This document shows, in pieces, positions 1 through 12,748 of a DNA stretch of 64,000 nucleotides. The stretch is from Trichodelitschia bisporula (taxonomy: Eukaryota). The notes beneath the pieces were generated by a model that was given only the letters and a program-made list of their open reading frames with translations, had not been told where the DNA came from and ran no database searches. The DNA lies in NCBI GenBank assembly GCA_010356995.1, contig ML996696.1, forward strand, positions 312,364 to 376,363, read 5' to 3'. The position numbers and the translations under genes were made by a program. The stretch's first letter is position 1; each line of letters begins with the position of its first letter.

Positions 1-559
1 ACCCCTCTCCCATCAGTCGTCCCACGCCACGATTACGAGCACCGTCCGTCACCAGGAAGCCTCCATTGCAGACATGGCTGGAGCGCCCTGGATAGTTCGG
101 TTTGATATAGAAGCTTCCCAGGCATCCTTTGTCCCAGTCGTGACCGCGAGCCTCCAGTTCCTGCACCTCTTCCGCACTCTCGATGCTACCCAGGAGCATG
201 ACCGCGGCGAAGTTGGCAAACCAGTATGAACCAAATGCCTCGAGAGCGAAAGGCTCAATCATGGGATATGTGTCGCCTTTTTCGATTTCGCGGTTGAGTT
301 GGTCGCAGAGGTACGCTAGCAGCGAGAAGGGCACTTGCCTCGGGGAGGAGAATGGAATCAAGGTTGCCACTGTAACGCGGTCGCGCAGCGTAACCTGGCG
401 CGGGGTGACATCTGGAGGCAGTGGGGAGAAAGGCGTTGGGTACGGCGCTTCGCCCGACGTCCGGTATATGGGAGGCGCTGTAGGGTCATCGAGCACTGCC
501 TGGTGATAGTGAGCCTACAAGCCCTCGCGATAGCAACGGCGGTCACATACCGGCATCAT
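1..559 (-). CDS. SPT10: Spt10/Mpr1-type GNAT acetyltransferase, 5' part (gene runs off the left edge)
   Basis: Missed by the ORF track. ATG ATG CCG at 559-551, intron 550-500 (GTATGT...GCTCAC...CAG), then AVLDDPTAPPIYR...VTLRDRVTVATLIPF...EIEKGDTYPM...CLGSFYIKPNYPGRSSHVCNGGFLVTDGARNRGVGRLMGE, the typical Spt10 GNAT signature. Confidence 0.85.
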
Positions 560-1062
560 GTACGAGGCGGAAGACCCGACAATCGGACTGCGATCCAGCG
601 ATATGGTCAGCGCAAATGTAGATGAAGAGGGGCGTCATCATTGGCTGGTGGGTGGCGCGTTTTCATGTCTACCCCTCAATGAGGAGCCAAGCAGCTCGGT
701 GAGACGGGTGGGCGTGCCATCCCGAGCTCACAGAGATACTGAATATGTTTGCGCATCATGAGGGGGATAAAGTGTAGGAGGAATTGTGGCAAGAGGTCAA
801 GACTTACCCTTACAAAGTGGTGCTCCAAAATACTCTCACTGTGCTCACTGTTTCGTCAAACTGCCTGAGGAGCACGATGGAATATCACGTGTTCGGCATT
901 CCTATCGGATGTCGGGATGGAGTTCTCGGGAACAAGAACCAGCACGTAATTTACGGGAAAAGGGACCAAGGGCTACCCGAAAAAGTGGTAGGGCAATTGA
1001 TGGCGGTTGGCAGTAGAGCACCAGCTTCGATTGCTATAAAACTAATTGCTGTCCTGCTAAAC

Positions 1063-2286
1063 CTACCGCCGACCTGAGAGGTCGAACACCTTATTGTTCC
1101 TCATGTTGGAGGCGAGGCCTTCTGCGTCCCGCATCCTCGCCTGCTCTTTTGCCACTATCCCAATGCGATCGGTGAACGGTGTAGCCTTCATGATGTTGTC
1201 GAACTCGTCATCCAAGCCATCCTCAGACGGTGCTCTCTCTTCCTCGACTGGCTCTTTTGCACCCCCTGGACGCGCTATCCTTTCTGGCCCCTTTTTCTCC
1301 TCTGAGCTCGAACTGGCAAAAGGTTTTGACTGCAAGACCCTTCTTCGCAGTTCTGCCATTTCCTCTTCATCGTCGGACTCAGGTGGGAGGGCGTACGGGT
1401 CTCGGTCGTCATCGTCATCCTCGTCTGCATCGGAATCGTTCTCGTCGCCCTCCTCTCCAGGCTCTCTGTCACCTGGGATGGCTCCATCTTCCAGGACCGC
1501 CTCATCTGCGGTGGGTGTCGTTCCCACTCCTCTGCTTTTTCCATATTCCCTCTCAAGCTTGTCCAGCCACACCTCTTCTGCCTTTTTGATCTCTTCCTCG
1601 GTTGTGCACGCCGCATACCGTCGGAGCGGAGCCTCATTGATTTTGAGAAATTCTTCGCCGTACGAAAAGGGAGCCAGAACCAGTTCAGCCCAGTCGAGGT
1701 GCCCACAGATGGCAAAGCAGGCAGCAAGCGCTTCGACGCAGTTCAACCGCCAGGGCCGGCCGTAGTTGGTGGGATTCGCGGCAACGAGGTAAGGTACTGA
1801 GAAGCGTCAACTTTGCATCTCGAGGAACGGGGAGGAGGGTGGAATACATAATCGCTCGCATTTGCCACCGATGCGCGAGAAAGGGACCTCATCGACGCGA
1901 TTCCAAGAACACTCGACAACCGCTGCTCCAAACTGCTCCAGCAACTCTCTATCCGCACCTGACACGATCTTTTTAGCTTTTGGTCTGATGGAGGTTAGCG
2001 AGAGCCCGGTCGGCTAGTAAACATCGACGTACGATATGACGATGCCGGCAAACTTCTGGCCAACATGAAGCTCGCGCATCAGTCCCAGTCTCATCAGGCG
2101 CTTGCCTGAGCACCGCTTCGCATCACAGTGTCCGAGATCCCAGCAAGCAGCTTTGAATGGCGGCCGTGCCGGCTGCTCTTCCTCCTGCGACTCTCCATCT
2201 GCTCGTAGCGGGGGTGGACGGGGGCGACTTCCACCGAATGTCTTCTTGCCACCTCGCTGGAAGCCGTCCTTCTTGTGACGAACCAT
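1063..2286 (-). CDS. TSR3: 18S rRNA aminocarboxypropyltransferase (multi-exon)
   Basis: MVRHKK start; WDLGHCDAKRCSGKRL, VECSW and LNCVEALAA motifs; acidic C-terminal tail; introns near 2030-1985 and 1848-1800. Confidence 0.93.
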
Positions 2287-2785
2287 GATGGGCGCTGGAA
2301 TTACACGAGAAACAGGGGAAGATACAGAGGCAAGGACGGTGAATGTGAACGTAAGTGATTGTTTGGAGGTTGCAAAGAGGTTGTGAAGTATAGGCGATAC
2401 GGTACGTAGAAAATTATGTAGAGCGTGCAAGACAAGTGTGAAATGCGGGGCATAAAAACGGCCAACCCTCGTCGGAGCTCCACACCCTCACTGGCGGGCA
2501 AGCCGTGCGCACTCAGCAAAGCCACAGTCGCCGTCTCCCCACTACTCTCTCTCTCTCTCTCTCCCACGTTCCCCTAACTTCTCAGGCTCACAACATCCCT
2601 CCGTAATCTCGTCACCACAGGCAGCCGGCGGTGACAAACATCTTCTGTCCTTCTCATTGCTCCTCGCCTTCACCTTTGGGCCAGTTGACATCGTGCAACG
2701 CTCAGAGCCCACCGCTAGCTATCTGCTCGTCTCGAACCAAAACGATCGCCTGTAAGCCGCCAAAGTGGAAGCAGCAAGTGCTCGA

Positions 2786-5079
2786 ATGGCCGCCCGCGAC
2801 CGCTTCGGCGGTTATGGCGAGCCTGCTCAAACCCCGTTGCAGAGATACATAAGTGGGCATATATCCTTTGGTCACTTCAAGGCCCCAGAACTGATACATT
2901 CCCCGCAGTTCAGGCCTGCGACCCCCAGAACTTCGAACCGAACCTCGCGCTGAACCTCGAGATTGCGGACCTCATAAATGCTAAGAAGGGAAACGCGTAA
3001 GGGCAGCGCTATGTTGTACAATGTACGGCAACTGACTGTGTGGCAGACCTCGAGAAGCTGCCGTGGCCATCGTTAACTTCGTCAACCACCGAAACCCCAA
3101 CGTCGCTCTGCTTGCGCTTAACGTAAGAGCTTCTTTCCGGTCACTGCTTGGGCTGACAGACGAGTAGCTGCTTGACATATGCGTAAAAAACTGTGGCTAT
3201 CCTTTCCACCTCCAAATCAGCACCAAAGAGTTTCTGAATGAGCTAGTACGGAGGTTTCCGGAGCGTCCTCCGATGCACTCGTCGCGACCGCAGAATAAGA
3301 TCTTGGAGCTTATCGAAGAGTGGAGGTGTACAATATGCGAGACCTCACGATACAAGGAGGATCTCGGGTTCATTCGGGACATGCACCGCCTGCTACGCTA
3401 CAAAGGATACCAGTTTCCAGCTGTTCGCCGGGAAGATGCTGCCGTCCTCAATCCAAGCGATGTAAGCTCTGTTCCCCTATCAGTGGACTAGGCTGATGCG
3501 CTGTAGAATTTGCGGTCAGCCGAGGAAATGGAGCAAGAAGAACGCGCCGCCCAAGCTGCAAAGCTGCAGGAGCTGATCCGGAGGGGTGGACCCCACGACC
3601 TGCAAGAGGCGAACAAGTTGATGAAAGTCATGGCCGGCTATGACCTGCGCAACAAGACCGACTACCGAGCGAAGGCAGCGGAGGAGGTCGGAAAGGTGCA
3701 GCAGAAGGCCAAGCTACTCGAAGATATGCTCCAAAAACACAAGGTCGGAGACAAAGTCGCCGAGGGTGACGTTTTTGAGGTGAGTCGTGTGACGATATTT
3801 GGACCCAACTCATTCAGTACAGGAGCTGGCGAACGCCCTGATGAGCGCACAACCGAAGATCCAAAAGATGTGCGAGGAGGAATCAGAGGATCACGAAGCG
3901 GTTGCAAAGCTGCTGGAGATTAACGACAGCATACACCGGACCGTCGAGAGATACCGGCTCATCAAGAAGGGTGATCTTGAAGGCGCGAACCGGATTCCTA
4001 AGGGTACGCTGGGGACAAGTGGCGCAGGCGTGTCCACGGGACCAAACAATGAGCTTTCACTTATCGACCTCGGAGGCCCTGACGACGATTTATCGAGCGC
4101 TCCGGTGCCTTCTACGCAGCGAACAGCCGCGCCTCAGAGCTCCCTCGAGAATGACCTCCTCGGACTTTCGATGGGGGAATCATCCGGTCAGGATGGAGCG
4201 ATATCATTGGGTTCCTCCAACGGGACTGGTAAGCAACCCAAGCATCTAACAGGTAATTCTGACATACACAGGTTACTCCGGGTTCGGCCAAACTTCTACA
4301 CATCAACATCTCTCCAACGCCCAAATCACAAGCATGTTCCAGCAGCCCGCAACCCAGCCCGCCTACAATGCCTTTTCCGCGCTCGCGAGCCCTCCACCCC
4401 AGGCATCTACATCCCGTCCCCAGTCCGCACAGCCGGCAGCTCTAAAGCCCGATCCCTTCGCGGCGCTAACTTCACACGCGCCGCGCCAGGCTTCGCCCTT
4501 CCAGTTTCAGCAGTCGATAAGCCCCCCAGTTCAAACGTCCAGTCCCCTTGGCCGCGGAAATTTCTCCGCCCCTCCCCCCGCACCCACCGCCGCTCCCGCT
4601 GCTGCTCCTGTGACCGCTCCCACGGCAGCCGCCGACGACGAATGGACGTTTGCCTCCGCCCTACCTGACGCCCTTCCCGAGCTGACTGTTACCAACTCGG
4701 CACTCAACGTCGTGTGGGCGGTGTCACGCCCGCCCGATGCGCCCGATGTGATTGAGATCAAGTCGCGTGTGTCGAACAACACGGCGCTCCCGGTGTCGGA
4801 TGTGGTGATTCAGGTGGCAGTGACCAAGGTACGGATATCAACTGGGATATGAGAATGGCAGGAGCTGACAGTGCACAGAGCTACCAGCTTCGCCTCGAGC
4901 CGCAGTCGGCGCGCGGCCTGGCCCCCAAGCAGGTCAACGGGATCACGCAGACAATCCAGCTGCATGGTGTTCAGCGGGGCAGTGGCGGTGCGGTGCGCAT
5001 GCGCTGGAAGGCGTCGTATGTTGTTGGCTCGGAGCGGAGGGAGGAGATGGGTGAGGTGTCGAATCTTGGAATTGCCTAA
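2786..5079 (+). CDS. GGA2: Golgi-localised VHS-GAT-GAE clathrin adaptor (GGA family), multi-exon
   Basis: VHS (EPNLALNLEIADLIN...LLDICVKNCGYPFHLQISTKEFLNELVRRFPERPP), GAT (AAKLQELIRRG...EANKLMKVMAG), low-complexity hinge with LIDL clathrin box, GAE ear (QVAVTK...LRLEPQS...RWKASY). Possible upstream GTG start at 2765. Confidence 0.92.
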
Positions 5080-5505
5080 GGAGTGTTTGTAGCGAGTCGG
5101 CTGCTGGGTGAGGGTGTTGGTCCTCTGTATCGAGTGCCCAGTGCGAGTATACCTTTCTAGCGAGTTACGTACTGACGGGCGAAGGTGCCGTCGGATGGTG
5201 CCGTGCGGTGCCGGTCTATTCGAAGCACGTGGCGGCGGGTTGGAGAAGATATTTTTGCAATCGAACTAAGCCGTTGCGCCTAGGTTTGTACCCTGATACT
5301 TCGAAGTGGAATATCCTTCCTCGTTCAAGCGGCGATTGGCTTCTTGAACCTCGCTGTATTTGCTGTTCACCCCGTCCCCTATTCCCATGTTCCAAACAAT
5401 GGCATATACACCTACATGCTGTAACCCAGTTCCCACATCCAATGTCCGATTTCCCATCCATACATGCATCCCAAAAGCACCCAGCAACCTCTCTTTCCCA
5501 GACTC

Positions 5506-6525
5506 CTATCTAACCCACCCACTCTCCCTCTCCCTCCCCGCATACGCCCCCTTGTACCCCTCATACAATCCCGGTCCAAATCCCGAATCCACCCTCCGAC
5601 TCTCCCACTCCCTACTTCCGCGTCTCAACGAACCCCCACCCCGGCGATACTCCTTCTCCCCCCCACCAGCCCCAAAAGTCGAGACAAGCACCACACTCGC
5701 ATCGGACTTGCGCCCCAATCCCCGCCGCGACCGCGCCGGCGAAACATCTCGTCGAGACCCTTCAAACCGCGAGCGCGAGCGAGACATCGAGCGTCGGGGC
5801 GGCGGCGTTTGCGACCGATGTGACCGATGCGAGGGGATAACGATGACGGGCGGCGAGGGCGGGAGGTGGTGCGCGGGTGCATGCGGGGGCTGAGCGTAAT
5901 ACACCTTGGGCGGGGGCGGTGCAGGTGCGTACCGCTCATCGCCCTCGTCCGGTTCGATGGTGCGGGTCGAGTAAGCGTATGAGCGTAGTGGCGAGCGCGA
6001 GTGGAAGCGTTCGCGGCGTTCGACGACGCGGCCGCGTGTGGGCGAGGTGACGATGATGGTGCTCGCGCGCTTGTGACCACGGCCTCGGCCTCGGCCGCGG
6101 TCGGGGGAGGCGTGCCGGGTGAGGGCGGGGGAGGGGTAGGCGCGATCGAATAGGACGGGAGGGTCTCGGGATATGGAGCGGGTGAGGGGGGCCCGGGACA
6201 TGGAGCGGGCGCGGGCGCGGGGTGGAGGGGCCCGGGACACGGAGCGGGCGCGGGCGCGGGGCGGAGAGCGGTTGCGGGAGCGAGGGGGGGAGCGGTGGTG
6301 GGGTGGAGAGCGGTGACGAGGGCGAGATGGCGAGCGGGTTACGGTTACGTAGGCTGTGTCGTGCTTCGGGGGATTGGATGAGATGGTGGTGTAGCGGGGC
6401 GGAGAGGCGAGACGAGGGTAGGATCGGGGAGGATCACGATCTTCGTGGTGAGTTGGGGTGAGGAGGGCGTTTGCGACATTGTGGCGCCAGTGATCGATTT
6501 CGAAGAGTTTGTCGCGGGTTGACAT
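5506..6525 (-). CDS. Hypothetical Arg/Ser/Pro-rich low-complexity protein (339 aa)
   Basis: Intact 339-codon ORF with good ATG context (ATCGCCATG) and a TATATAA box ~90 bp upstream on the minus strand; repeated RSP/RARARS motifs; no recognised domain. Confidence 0.6.
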   Translation of the reverse strand: MSTRDKLFEIDHWRHNVANALLTPTHHEDRDPPRSYPRLASPPRYTTISSNPPKHDTAYVTVTRSPSRPRHRSPPHHRSPPRSRNRSPPRARARSVSRAPPPRARARSMSRAPLTRSISRDPPVLFDRAYPSPALTRHASPDRGRGRGRGHKRASTIIVTSPTRGRVVERRERFHSRSPLRSYAYSTRTIEPDEGDERYAPAPPPPKVYYAQPPHAPAHHLPPSPPVIVIPSHRSHRSQTPPPRRSMSRSRSRFEGSRRDVSPARSRRGLGRKSDASVVLVSTFGAGGGEKEYRRGGGSLRRGSREWESRRVDSGFGPGLYEGYKGAYAGRERESGWVR

Positions 6526-8777
6526 GGCGATGGTTGTGGCGCTGAGGCCGGGAGAAGGGGACGGTGGAATGATGGACGGCTAGGAAAGAGTCAGCGCGTG
6601 TACCGTGAGTGGATTATATAAAGGCAGACGACATTGCATCCCCCACGCCTGATCGACGCCAAATGCAATATGCTTCTGGGGCCACTTACTCCGTTCTCCT
6701 CGGCTGCCAGCAGGCGCCAACGAACGATGGCTGTGCTACGTCCAACACGTGTCCCGGGTGACCAGTCACACGGGGGATAACGGGGACAGGCGTCAGCGGT
6801 TGTTCAGTATGAGGCGTTTGATGGGTGGGGGGGTGGTGAGGCAAGAGGGCGAGAGAGATGTTCGATGGAGATGTTCGGTGTTCGATGACGGGATACTCAA
6901 GCACGTCTCCCCAGTAGGCAGCGCGTTGGATGTCGTGGCATCGCGTGTCTCGCCGCTAAAGGCTGAGAAGGGGCAAGGATGCCGCTAGCCCGCTTCCGTC
7001 CGATGATGGGCGTCTGGGGTACAGACTTGTGGGCGCCGTGATTGGTGGGCGTACCTGAAGCTGGAGGGGTCAAGCTGTGTCAAGCATCAGGTCTTGAGCG
7101 GATTATGCGGCACGGCGGATATTATCGCTACTATAGCATTGCGCAAGAGGCACGTTGCACTGTGTAGAAGGAGATGGGAATTTGGGAGTTGGGAGTGGGG
7201 ATTACGTAGAGCAAGTTGCTTTTCATTGCAGGTCCTTTTGCGAGACTCTCTTACCGTCCGTCGGTACTGCGGAGTGACGTAGATGCCTCCAGAGGCATTT
7301 GATGCTGCGGGTCTGACGGGCAGCGACTGCCCGACTTTGATGCAGAAAGAGCTCTAGTATTCCCGAGACATGGCACACTAGTTGAGCAGCAGAACAGCAG
7401 AGCAACAGAACAGTACCACAGTTGAGGATGGCAGAGCGGCAGAGCAGAAGCCGGATGGAAAATTGCCCAAGGCCGGAATATAGAGGGCCGGTGGGAGAGG
7501 ACGTAGTGGCACTCTACGAATGCGCATCATGCGTACATGGGCAACGGAAGAATTTAAAGCAGCTGCTCAATAAATGGAGTACAATACTACAGTACGTTAG
7601 TAGCCTTCCCGTCTCTGGCCAAGGATCGAAAAGGTACAGCAAGGAGCGCAGGGTGTGGCGAAAGAGGAAAGCTTTTCAGTTCAATGTAGTGAGGATCATC
7701 GGCTTCACCCCCCCACGGCCACCACATGCGGGGCATGTGGCGTATGCATCTTCCGCTTTCACTTTTGACGCCGACTTCCGACACGCCGATCGCCGGCTGG
7801 GCAACCGATAGTGATCGATAGGCACTTTTTCTTTCTTCTCTGGTGCGAAACACAGCGTCTCAGACATACAGAGTGCATGTAAGGCGGCATGCGAATGCAA
7901 CAGAAGGGTTCGGACAGAGATAAATCGGCATACGAACGGATACTGGTCGCTTGGAGGCCGCGTCAGCCAGGCGTGCAGAGGCGAAGGAGTTGCATTGCAT
8001 TACGGGCTGTGAAGAGTGGAGAATCTGGGCGCTTGATATTTCAAACCTGACGCTTCGGAGCTTTCACCTTGACGAACGCAGTACTTGCAAGCCGAGTCGT
8101 ACATTTGCTACTTGTAGCGACGTCTGTACGTTGCATAGCTACGCACTACTCCTGGACAAGTGGACAAAGTACCTACGTAGGGTGGGCTGATGTACTCCCG
8201 TTCCTGTATACTCGATACCGCCAGTCCGTCGAGTCCAACGTACCCAAAAAACCGGTTAGTGAGGCGCAGGAGGTGCAGAAGGCGGTGCAGAATAAGAGGT
8301 GTGAGGATGAACCCGCAACTACGAGGTAAAAGCTGAAAGCGGTGCAGAGGATGCGGGAGGATGAGCCTGTACATCCGTAACTGTTCACGCCATTACTGTC
8401 CCTTCGCCCTAGCCGAAGGAAAAGTCGCCGAACAGCCCCCCCACATGCCGCACAGTTCAATTTCCGCAACGTGCAAACTGCGAGGATGAGAAAGTGGAGA
8501 GCCTTGCTGGCAGGTTGCGTCATTTTGACCTTCCGTGGGCTGAATGGGTGACCTGAGCGTTGACACCAAACATGGCACCATCTCCGCGACTTCCTATTCT
8601 TGTCTCTCTCTTACTTTCTCTAACTTTCGAATTTGTTGTTCCTTGCGAATTGCTGGGGTGTGAAGAGGATATTCCGGCAGTCTGGAGGTTAGGGGGAAGG
8701 GAAGGAGCCGGAGAACTGGGATGAGCAGGGCTAGGAAGAGGAGGAGGAGGAGGAGGAGGCTTGGTGGTGAGCCGTGA

Positions 8778-8780
<3 letters not shown>

Positions 8781-8828
<48 letters not shown>
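8781..8828. repeat. (GA)24 microsatellite
   Basis: Perfect GA dinucleotide run read directly. Confidence 0.97.
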
Positions 8829-8831
<3 letters not shown>

Positions 8832-10159
8832 GTCAGAAAGAAAGATCAAAGAAGTGAGAGAGAAGCGAGAGAGTGACAGTGAGAGAGCGAGTGAGAGTCA
8901 GCAGAGCATGAGATACATGCCGGATTAGGTATGATGATCACTCCTAGGTCTCTCTGCTTTCTGTCTCTTCTCCATTGATCCCCCATCTCTTGTCACCTTG
9001 TTTCCAGTTTGATGCTTCAAGCTCTCTGCTTAGCTGCTTAGCTGCTTTAGCTTTGCCTTATCATCCCTATCCCTATCCTCATACCCCATACGCATATGCC
9101 TAACGCCCTCATCTACCCGTATCTGTCGTGCTTGACATTCATCCTAGTTGGGCGTTTCTACCTCTGATTTGGTCAAGCCCTCTCTTCTCAGCCTTCAAGC
9201 AAACCACCGCTCTCTCTCTCTCTCTCTCTTCTCCCCCGGCAACATCAAATTCGCTCCTGCATCCGTTCGTACATGCGCCTCTCTCTTCCCCCCTCCTACC
9301 GAGACCGAGCTGAAGAGACCCGAAGAGCAGTAGCTTCCTTTCATCAGCAAAAGGCGTCGCAAATCCATCCAGTTACAAGACTCGACTCCACCAGGTGCCT
9401 GTCACTGATAACGCGGATCCCCAGCCGCTCCGCGCCATCCCAGTTCAACACCTTGGCCGCTCACCTTTTAGCCAGGGCCACACCTTCCCACCCCTTCCCT
9501 TGCTCCATCCCGCCATCTCGCGCGCGTATCTTACAGGGAAACAAAAAGTGGGTTGGCGTTGGCGTTTTTGCCGACACGGAAACCTGCACGATTTAGAACT
9601 AACAGGTTGGACAACCGCACCAACGTCGCGCGCTCTCTTCTAAACCAAAACCAAGCTCTCGCTCTCTCTCACTACTCTCTCTAATAAATCTCTCTACCTG
9701 CGTAGAGCGACACGCACGCGCCACCTCTACAGCAATTGGAGATACTAGTCTACTGCCCGGTCCAGCAGGTTTCCCCGCACCTCTTACCAACAGTCGTTTC
9801 TGCGCTCTCCCATCCCCCACTCATCACCCACACCCCCCCCCCCCCAAATCCGGCCTTTCCCTCCAAACCGCAGGATAAGCAACTTTCCAGGCTTGCTTAA
9901 TTGCGAGCGCAAAACGTTTCACCATCCAAGACTTTCTGCGTGCTTCTCGTTGCACTCTGACCTTCGTCGTACACTTCGAAAAGCTTGACCAGCCCGCTGG
10001 CGCAACTGCCCTTCGTTTACCGACACCTACTCGGTACCGGTCGCATTCACTATCCACGTCGTATTTACCGCCTCGTTGATGTCGCTGTAAAAGTCTTCTT
10101 GCAGCGCCCTCTCTCTTCCAGCGCCGAGCTCCATGGGCTTGCCAGCACCTACTATCAAG

Positions 10160-12737
10160 ATGCCCTCATTTCTCAAGAGCTTTCGCAAGTCTTCCGCCGC
10201 AAGTATCCGATCCAAGTTCGGTTCCGTTAATGGCAACAATGCTGGCGAATTTCGAAAGGCAGATGCGACGGACAAGACGGACAAGGTGGACAAGTCGGAC
10301 GAGACTCCCGACAGCGGCTCGGGCACTACCACCCCACCCAGTGAGCCTTTGACCGACCAAGATACGAACGCCAGCTCTGTCAATGGAAGCTCCGAGGTGT
10401 CCCTGGCGCGCCGCCCGAGTGTGATGCCAGGGACGGCGCACAGCAATCGTCATAGTGTCATCTCCATGGTGCGTACTCCTCCGTTAAGCTGCTGGTATCA
10501 CTACTAACGTCTATTAGAGTGGTATGACACGTCGGTCCAACGGACACAGCCCGCCTCCACTCTCGTACTATGCTCCGCATGTGACGTCCATCCGTGACGG
10601 CTATACTGTAAGACATGTGGTCCCTTGGTCCTGCAATTGCTAACTCCCGCAGGTGCATCAAAAGGTTCTGTTGATCAAGGGTCAGATCGGAGACCCTGAA
10701 AAGATTGGTGAGCTCAACAAGAGCAGCAATCAGCTGCCGACTCCGAAGCTGGTGGACGGTGAAGTCTTAATCCACCACCACCAAGACAGTTTCCCGCCCA
10801 TTCGTGTGCCGGTGGTGGACTCTCGTTTTAAGGCGCTGGTTCACCTGCAAGCCGGGCGCAACAACTTGTGTCTGGAGTTCTTCAAGGCGAGAGCATCGAC
10901 GAGCAATCTGTCTGTGCCCGAAGGCCACAAGAACTGGGTCACATACTCGTACCTTCCCATGAACGCGTCCCCACCGCTGCACCTGGCTCTGCTACTCGCC
11001 AAGGACTCTCCTGGAACATTTGATGCGGTTCCCGCTCGCATCGCCGCCGAAGGCAACGATCTTGAGACCGCCAAACGTAAGTTCCGTATGGCTGCCTATC
11101 TGTGGCAGGCATACACTGCGGAGCAGATGGGCCGCCATGGCTTCCACGGTCGCTGCTTCAGGTTCGAGGAGGAGTGGCAGACGTCTACGCTGGCCCACGA
11201 CGATCCGCCGCAGATGCGATCTGAGGCGCGCATTCACGTCATCCGGTTGGACGAAACTCTCGCGGAATTGCGGTCCGAACAATATGCTCAGAAGGATTGC
11301 GATACTACTGGCGGACTGTTCCAGATCGCCAAGGAAGCGTGCAAGGCACACTTCCCGCAGATTCCCGGACAGAAGCAGTATGTGGCTTGCATGTATCTCG
11401 ACACGCATTGGGACCAAAATAAGATCCTCGCGCATGCAGCAGCTGGCGGCTCAGACGAATCCATGGGGCTCGCCGTCTTTGGATCGCATGCGCTTCAGGC
11501 GTACCCGGCCAGTGTTCATGACGTCATTCCGACTTTCTCGGACTGCACTCGGACCGACACCCAGTTCGTAGCCAACGAGCTGCAGCAGTCTGGCAGCGTC
11601 TGGGAAGCGGCCACAGCCGCCATCAGCGCGCACCTCCATCAGGTCGGACACGCGTTTGGCCTCCCGCACCGCACCCACGGCATCATGGCTCGGGAATTCG
11701 CTCCACTGAACCGTTCCTTCACCGTCGGAGAGCCGTATTCGACGCGTACGCGGGCGGCCGGCCGTCGTGTGTGCCCGTCCAGTCAAGAAGCGAAGTGGCA
11801 CCGCACTGACTGTCTTCGTTTTCGGTATCATCCGTGCTTCCGTCACAACTTGGACTCCGTAGGACGCCCGATCCCGCCGGAGAGCAGCGCTGGAATCACG
11901 ATTTGGACCACCGAACACGGTCCGATGGCCAAAGCCGAAACCGGCATCGCTTGGATCGAACTGTACCGGGACGACGAGGAGCTCTCTGAAGCCTTCAAGG
12001 AACTCATCCCGCATCCCGGAATGCCGGGCAGTGCCTCGCCGCCAAGCCTCAACTGTCCAACCCGCTACAAGCTGGACGAGGTCGAGTTGCGCGATCTGCT
12101 GAAGCAGTCTGCTGGGCTCGAGAAGAATGGATTCAAGAGGCTGCGGCTGAAGATCTACTCCACGGCGGGTGGCTGCTACGAGGTGGATGATCTGTCCCGG
12201 CTGACGAGCAAGGAGATGCGTGTCAAGCTTCCCAGCGGTCAAACGGGCTTCCGTGGAGGTGTCGTCGGCCCCGGCCGCATCAATAAGCAGGAGACCATTT
12301 TGGATACAGTATGTCGGCGGGGACAACCCAAGATGCTCCTTGGTATCCGCGTCTATTTCGACACGGCTATCGATGGCCTCGAGTTCTTGTATGAAGATTC
12401 CTCGAGTCAGCTGATCGGCAACCGCGGGAACCAAAGCGAAGACTTTACGTTCGACATTCGCCGCGGCGAGACGTTTGCGGGCTTCTACGTGCGTTGCGGG
12501 ACGGCCATCGATGCGCTACAGGTTATCGCGACCACGACGGGGCGGAAGAGTCCACTGTTTGGCAACATATCGGCGGCAGGCGGGTAAGATTTTCCTCGAC
12601 TTCATTTCGTATGCAGAGCTCAGACTAATTTACCGCTCAGGTACTTCTTGATGCCCCCGTACGGATACCAAGTCGTCGGCATCACTACCACTTCCAATCC
12701 CTCGCTCGACTCGATGCAGCTCATTATCACTCGTTAG
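10160..12737 (+). CDS. Fungal zinc metallopeptidase-like protein with C-terminal jacalin-like lectin domain (YIL108W-like)
   Basis: Exons ~10160-10468, 10518-10607, 10653-12583, 12641-12737. Motifs FKALVHLQAGRN, PPLHLALLLAKDSPGTFDA, KFRMAAYLWQAYTAEQM, HQVGHAFGLPH plus GIM Met-turn; jacalin-type repeats (DGLEFLYED, GFYVRCGTAIDALQ). An in-frame ATG also exists at 10133. Confidence 0.85.
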
Positions 12738-12748
12738 TTTGCTGGGCT

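Noticed and set aside
11451..12434. Long antisense ORFs (also 1094-1765, 35524-36891, 44244-45038, 47918-48691)
   Set aside because: Shadows of GC-biased genes on the opposite strand, with no independent motifs.
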